DNA of 64,000 bases from Elusimicrobiota bacterium (GTDB lineage: Bacteria > Elusimicrobiota > Elusimicrobia > 2-02-FULL-39-32), in NCBI GenBank assembly GCA_021730935.1, contig JAKFYJ010000004.1:142412-206411 (forward strand). Direction: 5' to 3'. Within the stretch, counting starts at the first letter, position 1. Every line of letters starts with the position of its first letter. Shown in pieces: positions 1 through 10,149 of the stretch. The notes beneath the pieces are model-generated. The model searched no databases, was not told the origin of the DNA, and saw only the letters and a list, made by a program, of their open reading frames with translations. A program made the translations under genes and the position numbers.

Positions 1-35
1 ACGTCGATGAGAGGGATCATGTTGATGTCCGCCAT
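1..35 (-). CDS. TolR/ExbD biopolymer transport protein, N-terminal fragment (runs off the window start)
   Basis: The minus-strand reading MADINMIPLIDV begins at the ATG whose complement lies at 33-35. This is a typical ExbD/TolR N-terminus, immediately downstream of tolQ on the same strand. Confidence 0.5.
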   Translation of the reverse strand, partial: MADINMIPLID

Positions 36-77
36 CAGGGGGAACTTGTCTCGCGGGCCGATGGAAACTTTCACGGA

Positions 78-686
78 TTATTTCCTGGTCAGGAGTTCTG
101 CGATCTCGTCCGCGCAGATTTCCATGGATTCGGTCAGCCGGCGGATTTTGGTGGAATAATAGTTATAAAAGATGAGGGCCGGGATCGCCACGAAAAGGCC
201 GAGCGCTGTGGCCACGAGCGCTTCGGAAATGCCGCCCGCCACGATCTGAGGTCCGCCTCCGCCTGCAACCGCGATGGATTTGAAAGAACGGATGATTCCG
301 ATCACGGTGCCCAAAAGTCCGATGAAGGGCGCGGCCCCGGCGACCGTTCCCAAAAGAGGCACGAACTTTTCCATCTCTGCGATTTCCATGCGGATGCTCC
401 GGTCCATGGAAAGTTCCAGGCCGCTTTTGGAGCCGCCCGCGCTGAGCGCTGACCGCGTGATGGTGAGCATGGGTTCGCCCAGGGTTGCGGCAACCGCGCC
501 GCTGTCTTTCCCGCCCGAGATCACCTTGGGTATTTTGTCCAAAAAGTCCTTCACATTAATTTTCTTTTTCCTGAAATAAACCCACCGTTCCAAAATCACG
601 GCGATCGAGATGATGGAACAGATCAACAGGACCGAAAGGATCGGCCAGCCCAGCAGGAACATTTCTTTGAGGGTGAATGCGTTCAT
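78..686 (-). CDS. tolQ: MotA/TolQ/ExbB family proton channel (TolQ-like)
   Basis: The 202-aa ORF has three TM helices and a conserved C-terminal stretch (GLLGTVIGII...ALVATALGLFVAIPALIFYNY) typical of TolQ/ExbB. It is adjacent to tolB, pal and tolR. Confidence 0.85.
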   Translation of the reverse strand: MNAFTLKEMFLLGWPILSVLLICSIISIAVILERWVYFRKKKINVKDFLDKIPKVISGGKDSGAVAATLGEPMLTITRSALSAGGSKSGLELSMDRSIRMEIAEMEKFVPLLGTVAGAAPFIGLLGTVIGIIRSFKSIAVAGGGGPQIVAGGISEALVATALGLFVAIPALIFYNYYSTKIRRLTESMEICADEIAELLTRK

Positions 687-689
687 GGA

Positions 690-1961
690 TTATGGCTCCC
701 AGGTTGGTGTCGCGGAAGATCCGGGGATTTCGGTCAGTTTCTTCTGCACCGTCCCGTCCAGCGAAGCGATATAAAGCCGGCGTTTGCCTTCGCGCGTTGA
801 AGTGAAGGCCACGAATCTTCCGTCAGGTGAAAAAGCGGGGTTTTCGTTCTTGCCCGAATCCGAAGTGACTTGTATGGTTTTGCCTGAAGCGATGTCCTGG
901 ATGATGATGTCGTGGTGGCCCTGGGTGTCGCCCCGGGAATAAGCGATTTTGTCGCCTGCGGGGGACCAGACGGGAGAATCGCACCAGCCGCCGTCGGTCA
1001 GTTTCTCAACGCCGGTTCCGTCCGCGTTCATCATATAGATTTGCGGGGAACCGCTTCTGCCGGAGACGAATATGATTTTGCGCCCGTCCGCTGAGAAAGA
1101 CGCGGAGGTGTCTTCGGATTTGGATTTGGTGAGGCGCCGGATGATTTTTCCGTCTCGGTCCAGAAGATAAAGGCTGGAATTTCCTTCAAACGAAAGAGTG
1201 GCGACAATCGTTTTTCCATCAGGAGAGAATGAGGCTGAGGTGTTGAGGCCCCGGCGGGTTGAAATCATTCTGGATTTCCCGGTCGCGAGGGTATAGAGCG
1301 CGAGGTCGGGGTTTCCATTCTTGAAAGTGGTATAGAGAATTTCTCCCGCTCCAAGGGGGGCCCATCTGGGGAGGATGTTGATGCTGTTGTCGCTGGTCAG
1401 TTTCCTGAGATTTTTTCCGTCGTAATCAATGATATAAAGCTCTTTCGATTTCGTGTTGTCGTTGGAGAAAACAATCCTTGAAGCGGAAATGCCGCGGTTT
1501 CCCGTGAAGCGATAAATGAAGTCGGCGACGAATTCGTGTCCGATCCTGCGCGCGTTCCTGGCCGGAGTGCGATAGAGTTTCTGAAACACGGGGTTGCCGC
1601 CGGGAAGCTCAAAAACCGCGGCAGTAAACGAAATGTTTCCTTCGCTTTGGCTCACGGTTCCTTTGATCAGGAGGTCCGAACCTTTCGACCAGGCTTCAAA
1701 ATCAATTTTGCCTTCCGTCATCGCCAGACCGCTTTCGCTCAGGTTGAAAAGATGCGTGAAAAGGATATCGTTCTTTGTTGTTTCCAGAATGTCTTTGGAA
1801 GCGGAAAGGGTTTCCGGGGAGGCGTCTTTGGCGATGAAATCGGGGAGGGCGATGACGACTTTTTGTCCTCTCTGGAGCTGGAGATAAACGTCTGCCGCGT
1901 TTAATGCGCCCGAAGCAAGCGCAATAAACGGAACAAAGAGCGCGGCGATCAGTTTCTTCAT
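690..1961 (-). CDS. tolB: Tol-Pal system beta-propeller protein TolB
   Basis: 423 aa with a signal peptide and repeated PDG(K/R)xIAF...LY..D..G beta-propeller blades (SPDGKTIVAT, SADGRKIIFVS, SPDGRFVAFTS). Confidence 0.85.
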   Translation of the reverse strand: MKKLIAALFVPFIALASGALNAADVYLQLQRGQKVVIALPDFIAKDASPETLSASKDILETTKNDILFTHLFNLSESGLAMTEGKIDFEAWSKGSDLLIKGTVSQSEGNISFTAAVFELPGGNPVFQKLYRTPARNARRIGHEFVADFIYRFTGNRGISASRIVFSNDNTKSKELYIIDYDGKNLRKLTSDNSINILPRWAPLGAGEILYTTFKNGNPDLALYTLATGKSRMISTRRGLNTSASFSPDGKTIVATLSFEGNSSLYLLDRDGKIIRRLTKSKSEDTSASFSADGRKIIFVSGRSGSPQIYMMNADGTGVEKLTDGGWCDSPVWSPAGDKIAYSRGDTQGHHDIIIQDIASGKTIQVTSDSGKNENPAFSPDGRFVAFTSTREGKRRLYIASLDGTVQKKLTEIPGSSATPTWEP

Positions 1962-2680
1962 TCGTCCGTTTTTTGAGTTTTTTTGGCCGGGGATTTTTTT
2001 GGTTTTGCTTCCTCGGATAAATTTTTGAGAATGTCTTTGGCCGTGTCCGCTTCCGTCGAGTCCGGGAATTCTTTGATCAGGGTTTCGAGCGTCAGTTTCT
2101 GGTCTTTCTCAAGGTTGGATCCCTCCAGAGCATAGGCGCGTTTCAGGAGAGCCTGTCTGCGATATTCCTGAGAAGTGGCCAGCACCTTGTCGAACTCGGC
2201 GCGGGCGGTTTTATATTCCTTCTTGATGAGATAGCAGTCCGCGAGATAAAACTGGGCGTCGTCTGAAAGATCGCTGTCGGGATATCTCTGAAGAAAGTTT
2301 TCGAATCCTGCGAGAGCCAGGGGAATTTTGCCGGCGACATAATCGCCATAGGCTGTGCGATAAATGTCTCCCGGGACAGGCACGGTGGCCTGGGTGGTGG
2401 CTTCCGAGAGGAGCTTGGAAATAATTTCCATGCGTCCGCCCAGCCGCGATTGGGTGTCATCCAGCTTGGTGGAGAGAGTGGACATGCTCTTGTGGCTGTC
2501 GGAAAGCTTTTCGTTCAGGGACGCGATGGTCTGGTCCAGGTCGTTGATCTTGGTGATGAGGTCCGCCTGGCCTTTCTGCACATTGTTGAGGGAATCCTGA
2601 AGGCGGTCGATGTCCGTGGTCGTGGCCACGCAACCGGAAAGGAGGATGGGGAGGATCAGGAGATAATTTTTTCGGTTCAA
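1958..2680 (-). CDS. CpoB/YbgF-like periplasmic TPR lipoprotein
   Basis: The N-terminus has a lipobox (LLSGC), then a coiled-coil segment and C-terminal TPR-like repeats (AQFYLADCYLIKKEYKTA). It sits between pal and tolB. Start reassigned to the in-frame TTG at 2678-2680, giving MNRKNYLLILPILLSGC; the ORF track's longer ORF would overlap pal. Confidence 0.6.
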   Translation of the reverse strand: MNRKNYLLILPILLSGCVATTTDIDRLQDSLNNVQKGQADLITKINDLDQTIASLNEKLSDSHKSMSTLSTKLDDTQSRLGGRMEIISKLLSEATTQATVPVPGDIYRTAYGDYVAGKIPLALAGFENFLQRYPDSDLSDDAQFYLADCYLIKKEYKTARAEFDKVLATSQEYRRQALLKRAYALEGSNLEKDQKLTLETLIKEFPDSTEADTAKDILKNLSEEAKPKKSPAKKTQKTDE

Positions 2681-2681
2681 A

Positions 2682-3215
2682 TTATTTCGTTTGTTCGGGA
2701 ATTCTCGCTTTGGTTTCCACTCTTCTGTTCTGGGACCAGCAATCTTCGCCCGTATCAATGCAGGCGGGCTTTTCTTTTCCATAGGAAAGGGACCCGATCT
2801 GTTTTTGGCTCAAGCCCAGAGATGCGTAATATTGACGGACGGACTGGGCTCGTTTCTGCCCCAGGGTGAGGTTATATCCCACCGTGCCGCGCTCGTCGGT
2901 GTGGCCTTCGCACAGCACCTGGACGCCGGGATTCTTTTTCAGATATTCCGCGTTCCTTGCGAGGATGTTCCGCGCTTCATCTTTGAGTTCAGACGAATCA
3001 TATTCAAAACGGATCGTCTGAAGTTCCGGCACTGTAACAAAATCTTTTCCGTGAAGATCGAGCTCCGTTGATTCAACGTCGTCCTGGCTGGACGCGTCTT
3101 CGTCCGGCGTTTTTTTAACCGCCTGTTTCTTGGGGCAAGCCGACAGAGAAATCGTCAGCACGCCGAAAACTAACATCCCTAAAACAAAATTTCTGAATCC
3201 TTCAAACTTCTTCAT
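2682..3215 (-). CDS. pal: Peptidoglycan-associated lipoprotein Pal (OmpA-family C-terminal domain)
   Basis: Signal/lipobox LSAC, then an OmpA-like domain with FEYDSSELK...NPGVQVLCEGHTDERGTVGYNLTLGQKRAQSV. Confidence 0.85.
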   Translation of the reverse strand: MKKFEGFRNFVLGMLVFGVLTISLSACPKKQAVKKTPDEDASSQDDVESTELDLHGKDFVTVPELQTIRFEYDSSELKDEARNILARNAEYLKKNPGVQVLCEGHTDERGTVGYNLTLGQKRAQSVRQYYASLGLSQKQIGSLSYGKEKPACIDTGEDCWSQNRRVETKARIPEQTK

Positions 3216-3280
3216 CTGAATCCTCCTGCAAATTCAACTGCTTTTTTACATTCTAATACATCGCGCCCGGCAAAGCAATT

Positions 3281-6106
3281 TTATATAACTTTTTTTAAAT
3301 ATTCTCCAGTATAAGAACGCGGATTTTTCGCGATTTCCGACGGAGGTCCGGACGCGATGAGTTCCCCGCCGCGGTCTCCGCCTTCGGGGCCCATGTCGAT
3401 GATCCAGTCCGCGGTCTTGATGACGTCCAGGTTGTGCTCGATCACGATGATGCTGTTCCCGTTCTCGACGAGCTTGTGCAGAACATCGAGGAGCTTTTTG
3501 ACGTCGGCGAAATGGAGGCCCGTGGTGGGCTCGTCCAGCAGATAAAGCGTGCGGCCCGTCGCGCGCCTGGAAAGTTCCGTGGCGAGTTTCACTCTCTGGG
3601 CTTCTCCGCCGGAAAGCGTTGTCGCGCTCTGTCCCAGGCGGATATATCCCAGGCCCACCTGGTCCAGCGTGTCGAGGACTTTTTTTATGGAGGGGATCGC
3701 GGAGAAAAATTCGAGCGCGTCGCTCACGGGCAGGTCCAGAACTTCGGCGATGTTTTTTCCTTTATATCGGATCTGGAGCGTTTCGTCGTTGAAGCGTTTG
3801 CCGTGGCAGACTTCGCACTTTACATAGACATCGGAGAGGAACTGCATGGAAATTTTTATGGTCCCGTCGCCCTGGCAGTTTTCGCACCGTCCGCCTTTGA
3901 CATTGAATGAGAATCTCCCCGTCTCGTATCCCTTGCGCTTTGCTTCGGGCAGAAGAGAGAAAATTTCCCGGATGGGGCCCCATGCGCCCGTGTAGGTTGC
4001 GGGGTTGGATCTGGGTGTCCTTCCAATGGGCGACTGATCCACGACGATGACTTTGTCGAGGTTGTCGATGCCCTTGATGGCTTTCATCTTTCCAGGCAAG
4101 TCTTTGGCCTGATAAAGTTTCTGCGCGAGAGCTTTGAATAAAATTTCCTGGATGAGGGTGGATTTGCCAGAACCTGAAACGCCCGTCACGCAGACGAAGA
4201 GTCCCAGAGGAATTTTGACGTCGACATTTTTCAAATTAAACTGGGACGCGCCCAGGATTTCGATGGATTTGTTTGTGGGCTTTCTGGGTTCGCGAGACGG
4301 AATGTGGAATTGTCCCGTCAGATATTGCCCCGTGAGAGACCGTTTTTCCGCCATGATTTTTTCCGGCGGTCCTTCCGCCACGATTTCTCCGCCGTGCTCT
4401 CCCGCTCCCGGTCCCAGGTCCAGAACCCAGTCCGCTCGGCGTATGGTTTCCTCGTCGTGTTCAACCACAATCAAAGTGTTTCCCATTTCCTTCAGGGAAG
4501 TGAGGGTGTTCAAAAGCCGGGAATTGTCTCTTTGGTGCAAGCCGATCGAGGGTTCATCCAAAACATACATCACCCCTGTGAGCCCGGAACCGATCTGGGT
4601 GGCCAGGTGGATTCTCTGGGCTTCGCCGCCCGAGAGAGTCTGGCTTTCGCGGTCGAGCGTCAGATAATCCAGGCCGACATTGACCAGGAACGTCAGGCGC
4701 GATTGAATTTCTTTGAGGATCTGTTTGGCGATCACTTTTTCTTTTACAGAGAGAGTCAGGGCGTCGAAAAAGTTTTTGGCGTCTTTGACGGATAAAAGGA
4801 TCGTTTCGCGGATGGATTTGCCGCCGATGAGGATCGCGAGAGCTTCCGGCTTGAGCCGCGCGCCGAGACATTTCGGGCAGATGTGGCGCCGCATATAAAG
4901 GTTCATGATCTCTTCTTTCACGAAATCGGACTCGGACTCCTTGTATCGCCGCATGAGGTTTCCGATCACGCCCTCAAAATCCTGAAAATTGTTCGCCCAG
5001 GACGCCTTCACTTTAATGTCCGTTCCGCCATAAAGCAAAGCGTTTCTCTGTTCCTTGGATATTTTTTTCCACGGCAAGCTCGTGTTGATCTTGAATTGTT
5101 TGCAGACCTGTTTCAGGAGGTCGTCATAATATTCCGACCAGCCGCGTTTCCATCGGTGCGTGCGGGTGGTGATCGGGTTGCTCCAGGCGATGATCGCGCC
5201 GTCATCGATGGATTTCTCTTTGTCGGGCACCACCAGATCCGGGTCCGCTTCAAGTTTGGATCCGATCCCTTCACATTCGGGGCAGGAACCATAAGGAGAA
5301 TTAAAAGAGAAGAGCCGCGGCTCGATTTCCGGCAAAGAAATGCCGCATTCGGCGCAGGCGTGGTGCTCGCTGAAAAGCTTGGATTGCGTTCCGTTTTCGA
5401 TCTCCACGAGCCCCTGGCCTTCTTTGAGGGCGGTCTCGATGGAATCCGCGATGCGGTCGCGCGATTCCGCGGAAATCGTGATGCGGTCGACCAGGAGTTC
5501 GATGGTCTGTTTCTTATATCGGTCAAGTTTTATGCTTTCGTCGAGGCCGAAAATTTTTCCATTCACTCTCACGCGGGCATAACCCGATTTTTTGAGTTTA
5601 TCGAAAAGTTCCCCATAGGTCCCGATGCGGCCGCGCACCAGAGGTGCCAAAATTTGGATTTTACTGCCTTCTCCCATCTCTAAAACTTTGGAAATGATCT
5701 GCGATGCTGACTGAGGCTCGATTTTTTTGCCGCAGTTGGGGCAATGGGGAATGCCCACTCGCGCATAAAGGAGACGCAAATAATCATAAATTTCTGTGAC
5801 GGTGCCGACGGTGCTTCGGGGATTGTGAGACGGGTTTCTCTGCTCAATGGCGATGGCGGGCGACAACCCTTCGATCAGGTCGACATCGGGTTTGTCCATC
5901 ATTTCGAGGAACTGCCTGGCATAGGAGGAAAGGGACTCGACATAACGCCTCTGCCCTTCGGCATAAAGCGTGTCGAACGCGAGAGAAGACTTGCCCGAGC
6001 CCGAGAGTCCCGTGAGAACCACGAGCTTGTTGCGGGGGATTTCCACCGAGATGTTTTTGAGGTTATGTTGCCGCGCGCCCCGAATGACGATTTTGTCTTG
6101 TGACAT
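3281..6106 (-). CDS. uvrA: Excinuclease ABC subunit A (UvrA)
   Basis: 941 aa with two ABC ATPase modules ([14 protein letters not shown]; [10 protein letters not shown]), a zinc-finger CxxC pair, and the LSGGEAQRI signature present twice. Confidence 0.95.
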   Translation of the reverse strand: MSQDKIVIRGARQHNLKNISVEIPRNKLVVLTGLSGSGKSSLAFDTLYAEGQRRYVESLSSYARQFLEMMDKPDVDLIEGLSPAIAIEQRNPSHNPRSTVGTVTEIYDYLRLLYARVGIPHCPNCGKKIEPQSASQIISKVLEMGEGSKIQILAPLVRGRIGTYGELFDKLKKSGYARVRVNGKIFGLDESIKLDRYKKQTIELLVDRITISAESRDRIADSIETALKEGQGLVEIENGTQSKLFSEHHACAECGISLPEIEPRLFSFNSPYGSCPECEGIGSKLEADPDLVVPDKEKSIDDGAIIAWSNPITTRTHRWKRGWSEYYDDLLKQVCKQFKINTSLPWKKISKEQRNALLYGGTDIKVKASWANNFQDFEGVIGNLMRRYKESESDFVKEEIMNLYMRRHICPKCLGARLKPEALAILIGGKSIRETILLSVKDAKNFFDALTLSVKEKVIAKQILKEIQSRLTFLVNVGLDYLTLDRESQTLSGGEAQRIHLATQIGSGLTGVMYVLDEPSIGLHQRDNSRLLNTLTSLKEMGNTLIVVEHDEETIRRADWVLDLGPGAGEHGGEIVAEGPPEKIMAEKRSLTGQYLTGQFHIPSREPRKPTNKSIEILGASQFNLKNVDVKIPLGLFVCVTGVSGSGKSTLIQEILFKALAQKLYQAKDLPGKMKAIKGIDNLDKVIVVDQSPIGRTPRSNPATYTGAWGPIREIFSLLPEAKRKGYETGRFSFNVKGGRCENCQGDGTIKISMQFLSDVYVKCEVCHGKRFNDETLQIRYKGKNIAEVLDLPVSDALEFFSAIPSIKKVLDTLDQVGLGYIRLGQSATTLSGGEAQRVKLATELSRRATGRTLYLLDEPTTGLHFADVKKLLDVLHKLVENGNSIIVIEHNLDVIKTADWIIDMGPEGGDRGGELIASGPPSEIAKNPRSYTGEYLKKVI

Positions 6107-6126
6107 GTTTCAATTATATCAAATGC

Positions 6127-8127
6127 TTAAAACGATCCAGGGCGGATGGTGCGTTGAGGCACGGGGCAATAATCGGAGAAATAGGGCAGGTGAGACTTGA
6201 TTTTGGTGAGAGCTTCCTCGGCGGCGACTTCGCCCAGGGGGATGATTTGCTTTGCGCGGTGAAGGTCGATCCAGGAGAAATTTCCTGTTTCGGGGTGGAT
6301 CATGATGTGGGAGAGGTCGGTGCGCGCGGCCGCAATTTGATATTGCATCGTATAGATCATTTTAAAAAAGACATTGAAAAATCCCGGGGAACTTGAAGGG
6401 AACATGCCCACTCTCCTGAGGGAAACCCGGCGTTCGGAAGCTTTGTTGGTGAGGTTGATCGAGATCAGGATGTTGGCGCCCATGGAGGCGATGATGCTGG
6501 TGGGAACAGGGTTCACGAGGCCGCCGTCCACGAGGAATTTTGTCCCGATCTTATAAGGAACGAAGATCATGGGGAGAGACAGGCTCGCGCGCACGGCTTC
6601 CCAGACTTTGCCTTCGCGCAAAACCACGCCGTCGCCGGTCATGATGTCGGTGGCGGCGCAGGCGAAGGGGGTGGGGAACTCCTCAAAATCGATGTCGCCC
6701 AGGTGTTTGCGCAAAAAATTTGAAATGGTGTCGCCCTTGATGAGGCCGCCGTGGAAAAGCCAGTTGATGTCCCGGAATATGTTGCGCCGGAGCCAATCTT
6801 TGGAGATGGAGTGGGCGATCTCCTCGATCTCGTCAGCGGATTTTCCCGAAGCGGAGAGAGAGCCCAGGAGCGCCCCCATGGAGGTGCCGGAAATATAGTC
6901 GATGGGTATTTTTTCGCGCTCAAAAATTTTGAGCATTCCGATCAGGGTGTATCCATAGGCCGCGCCCGACCCCATGGCGAGCCCCACCTGCACTCTCCCG
7001 ATGGCCCGCCCCATCCGGTCCAGCGCTTTTTTTGTGCCGGAAGCGACCGCGACGCCGTTGGCTGGGCCGTTCCAGGGAACATAAAACTTCGTCGGCGAAG
7101 ATGCCCGCAACGGGCCCAGGATCGCTTCATAAAATCTGGGAATTTCCGGGACCTCGTCTTCATATCTGAACTGCGGCGGCTGGTTCCCCTTGTGGGCATG
7201 GATGAGTCCGTCGCATTCGCTGAGCACATGGCGGACGCTCTCGTCCAGTTTGCCGGGGCTTTCGGGCCGTGATTTTGCCGTGCTCATGTTGATGAGGACA
7301 TAATCATAAACTTCGAGGAGCACCGTCATGAAAGCCGGGACCGCGCGTTGGAACTGGCCCGCGAAAATGTCGTCCGGAAGGAGCAGAAGTTCCAGGCCGG
7401 ATGCGGGGTGCAGGAGAGAAATTTTTTCAAGAATTTTGGGGTTGGTGAGGTCTTCCGAGCGGAACATCGACGAAGTCGAGGTCACGGGTTTGAGTCCGAG
7501 GGCGTCCGCCAGGACCGTCCCCTGGTTTCCGAGCTCCACCAGCAGGACCCGCCTCCGCGTCTGTTCTTTGATCGAGAAAGAGAGGTTCGCCAGGAACGCG
7601 AGCTGTTCGTCGCGCGGCAGTTCCATCATCACGGCCAGGACTTCGGGGCTGAACGAAGGGCTCATGGACTTTTTCGGGCGGATGATGAGGCGCTGGCTGA
7701 TGACGCGGTGAAGATAAGTCGAAGCTCTGGGATTTTTGAGGAGGAAATTTTCAAAATCCATTTTATAGAGGACGAGGAAATGGGCCGGGCTGTCCACTTT
7801 GATGGTTGCGGTGCGGGTGGTTCCGGTCAGGAGCGCGGTTTCCCCGAAAGTTTCGCCGCGCCCGAGGAAATTGAGAATTTTTTCACTGCCCGTCTCGTCG
7901 GGGGTCACGGCCCGGACTCTGCCGGACTGGATGAAATAAAGCGCGTCCGCCCTGTCGTTTTCGCGATAGACGACCGCGCCTTTGGGCAGGGAGAGGGGCT
8001 GAAGTTTGGCCGCGATCTGTTTGAGTTCTTCGGCTTCGAGGTCGTGGAAGAGGGGGGCCCGCCTGAGGAGGTGACTCCATTCGTCCAGGAAGTCTTGGCG
8101 CACCGGTCTCTCGCTCATGATCGGCAT
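6127..8127 (-). CDS. Cyclic-nucleotide-binding-domain patatin-like phospholipase (NTE-like)
   Basis: N-terminal cNMP-binding domain ([18 protein letters not shown]). C-terminal patatin domain with GxSxG (GTSMGALLG) and the catalytic DGG (DGGLVNPVP). Confidence 0.8.
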   Translation of the reverse strand: MPIMSERPVRQDFLDEWSHLLRRAPLFHDLEAEELKQIAAKLQPLSLPKGAVVYRENDRADALYFIQSGRVRAVTPDETGSEKILNFLGRGETFGETALLTGTTRTATIKVDSPAHFLVLYKMDFENFLLKNPRASTYLHRVISQRLIIRPKKSMSPSFSPEVLAVMMELPRDEQLAFLANLSFSIKEQTRRRVLLVELGNQGTVLADALGLKPVTSTSSMFRSEDLTNPKILEKISLLHPASGLELLLLPDDIFAGQFQRAVPAFMTVLLEVYDYVLINMSTAKSRPESPGKLDESVRHVLSECDGLIHAHKGNQPPQFRYEDEVPEIPRFYEAILGPLRASSPTKFYVPWNGPANGVAVASGTKKALDRMGRAIGRVQVGLAMGSGAAYGYTLIGMLKIFEREKIPIDYISGTSMGALLGSLSASGKSADEIEEIAHSISKDWLRRNIFRDINWLFHGGLIKGDTISNFLRKHLGDIDFEEFPTPFACAATDIMTGDGVVLREGKVWEAVRASLSLPMIFVPYKIGTKFLVDGGLVNPVPTSIIASMGANILISINLTNKASERRVSLRRVGMFPSSSPGFFNVFFKMIYTMQYQIAAARTDLSHIMIHPETGNFSWIDLHRAKQIIPLGEVAAEEALTKIKSHLPYFSDYCPVPQRTIRPGSF

Positions 8128-8145
8128 AAACTACTTCATTTTTAG

Positions 8146-8151
8146 TATAAT
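8146..8151 (+). promoter_or_regulatory. Candidate -10 box (TATAAT) for the crp/fnr-like gene, in the 40-bp divergent intergenic region
   Basis: The sequence tagTATAATtac lies 17 bp upstream of the ATG at 8168. The patatin gene starts divergently at 8127. Confidence 0.3.
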
Positions 8152-8167
8152 TACAATCCTAAACCCT

Positions 8168-8860
8168 ATGAAAAACGATAAATTCGCTCTCCTGAGCAGG
8201 GTCTCGCTTCTGCAGGGGCTTTCCACCAAACACCTCAACCAGATCGCGGCCTTCGCCAAGTTCCATCACTTCAAGCGCGGAGAAAGCATTTTTTCCGAAT
8301 CGTCTTCGGGCGAGTGCCTCTATGTTCTCGTCTCGGGGCGCGTGAAGATTTATACTTCGACCGGCGCCAAGACCAAAACATTCGCGCTGCTTGATCCGGG
8401 CGATTTCTTCGGCGAAATGGCGCTCCTCGGCGAACCCACGCGGTCGGCCAGCGCCCGGGCCATTTTGGACACGGAACTCCTCGTGCTGGAACGGAAAGAT
8501 TTTCATAAATTTTTGAAAGACGATTCGTTCCTCTCCCTCACGATTTTGCGCACCCTCTGCGACCGCCTCCGGCGCGCCAACAAGGAAATTGAAAGCCTGT
8601 CGTTTCAGAATGTGGTCGGGCGCACGGCGGCCACGCTCCTGGACCTGGAATCCAAATACGGAAAAGCTTCGAGCGCCGGAACCCTGATCGACGCCGGAAT
8701 CACCCAGCAGGAACTGGCCGACCTCATCGGCACCGCCCGCGAAATGGTGACCCGCGTGCTCACGAAATTCCGCGCCATGGGCGCCATCGCTTTGGACAAA
8801 CCCACCGGCAAAGTCATCATCCTCGACCGAGACAAACTCAAGAACTGCATCTACCAATAA
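8168..8860 (+). CDS. Crp/Fnr family transcriptional regulator (cNMP-binding + HTH)
   Basis: cNMP-binding fold (FGEMALLGEPTRSASARA) and a C-terminal HTH (ITQQELADLIGTAREMVTRVL). Start chosen at MKNDKF; the ORF track's 8117 start would overlap the divergent patatin gene. Confidence 0.85.
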   Translation: MKNDKFALLSRVSLLQGLSTKHLNQIAAFAKFHHFKRGESIFSESSSGECLYVLVSGRVKIYTSTGAKTKTFALLDPGDFFGEMALLGEPTRSASARAILDTELLVLERKDFHKFLKDDSFLSLTILRTLCDRLRRANKEIESLSFQNVVGRTAATLLDLESKYGKASSAGTLIDAGITQQELADLIGTAREMVTRVLTKFRAMGAIALDKPTGKVIILDRDKLKNCIYQ

Positions 8861-10149
8861 TGGAAGAAAAGAAACCGCAGGAACCCCTGCAGGCGGCCCG
8901 CGGGATGCATGACATCCTGCCCTCCCGTTCGGATCGATACGCTTCCATGGAGTCCGCCGCGCGCAAGGTGTTCAGCGCTTTCAATTACACCGAAATCCGC
9001 ACGCCCGTCATGGAACCCGCCGAGCTTTATGAACGCGCCATCGGGGAAACCACCGACATCGTCGAGAAAGAAATGTTCGTCCTGAAAGACCGCGGCGACC
9101 GGCGCCTGTGCCTCAGGCCCGAGGGAACAGCCGGCATCGTGCGGGCTTATATCGAAAATAATCTCGGCCACGAGTTTCCAATAGCCAAGTTTTTTTATAT
9201 CGGGCCCATGTTCCGGGCGGAACGGCCCCAGAAAGGGCGATATCGCGAGTTCGTTCAGATCGGGTCGGAATATTTCGGAAACGAACGGCCCGCGGCGGAC
9301 GCCGAGACGATCATTCTGGCCCATTCCCTCATAAAAAAATTCGGCCTGTCCGACATTCAGATTTTGGTGAACACCATCGGGTGCCCCGCCTGCCGGCCGA
9401 AATATCTTGAAGTCCTGAAAGCGTATCTTGAAGGCAAGAAAAACGATCTCTGCGAGAACTGCCGCACGCGCCTGGTGAAAAATCCCCTGAGAGCGCTCGA
9501 CTGCAAGGAGGATGCGGACAAATTTGGAGACGCTCCCAAGACGGTGGATCACCTTTGCGAAGCGTGCAGGACGCATTATGCTTCCGTCCTGGAACACTTG
9601 AAAAGCGCGCAGGTCCCTTTCGCGGAGCGGCCCCGCCTCGTGAGAGGGCTGGATTATTATACGCGCACCGTTTTTGAAGTTTATTCGACGGGCAATACGG
9701 GTTCGCAGGGCGCGCTCGCCGCGGGCGGCAGATATGACGGGCTCGTGGAACAGCTGGGCGGGAACCCTGTCCCTGCCGTCGGTTTCGCTTTGGGCGTGGA
9801 GCGAGTTTTGAATGAGCTGGACGCCGCGTCTCCGGTTTCAGACGCGAAATCACGGAGAGGCGTTTTCCTCATTCCCTTGGGCGCGCCGGCTTATGAGGTC
9901 GTGCAGAAACTTCTGATTCAGGTGCGGGAGGCGGGCATTCCTGCGGAGTCCGGCGCGGCGGATCAGAGCATCAAATCCCAGATGCGCCTGGCGGATCGGA
10001 TCGGCGCGGAATATTGCGTCATCATCGGAGACAACGAACTTGCGAGCGGCGAATTTGCGCTCAAAAATCTGGAAAGCAAAAGTCAGCAGAACATTCCCAA
10101 AGACAAACTGGTCCAGGTCCTTGTTGATCGCTATTCCGTGAAATCATGA
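8860..10149 (+). CDS. hisS: Histidine--tRNA ligase
   Basis: 429 aa with class II aaRS motifs (RGMHDILP, FRAERPQKGRYREFVQ, GGRYDGL) and a C-terminal anticodon-binding domain. Confidence 0.9.
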   Translation: MEEKKPQEPLQAARGMHDILPSRSDRYASMESAARKVFSAFNYTEIRTPVMEPAELYERAIGETTDIVEKEMFVLKDRGDRRLCLRPEGTAGIVRAYIENNLGHEFPIAKFFYIGPMFRAERPQKGRYREFVQIGSEYFGNERPAADAETIILAHSLIKKFGLSDIQILVNTIGCPACRPKYLEVLKAYLEGKKNDLCENCRTRLVKNPLRALDCKEDADKFGDAPKTVDHLCEACRTHYASVLEHLKSAQVPFAERPRLVRGLDYYTRTVFEVYSTGNTGSQGALAAGGRYDGLVEQLGGNPVPAVGFALGVERVLNELDAASPVSDAKSRRGVFLIPLGAPAYEVVQKLLIQVREAGIPAESGAADQSIKSQMRLADRIGAEYCVIIGDNELASGEFALKNLESKSQQNIPKDKLVQVLVDRYSVKS

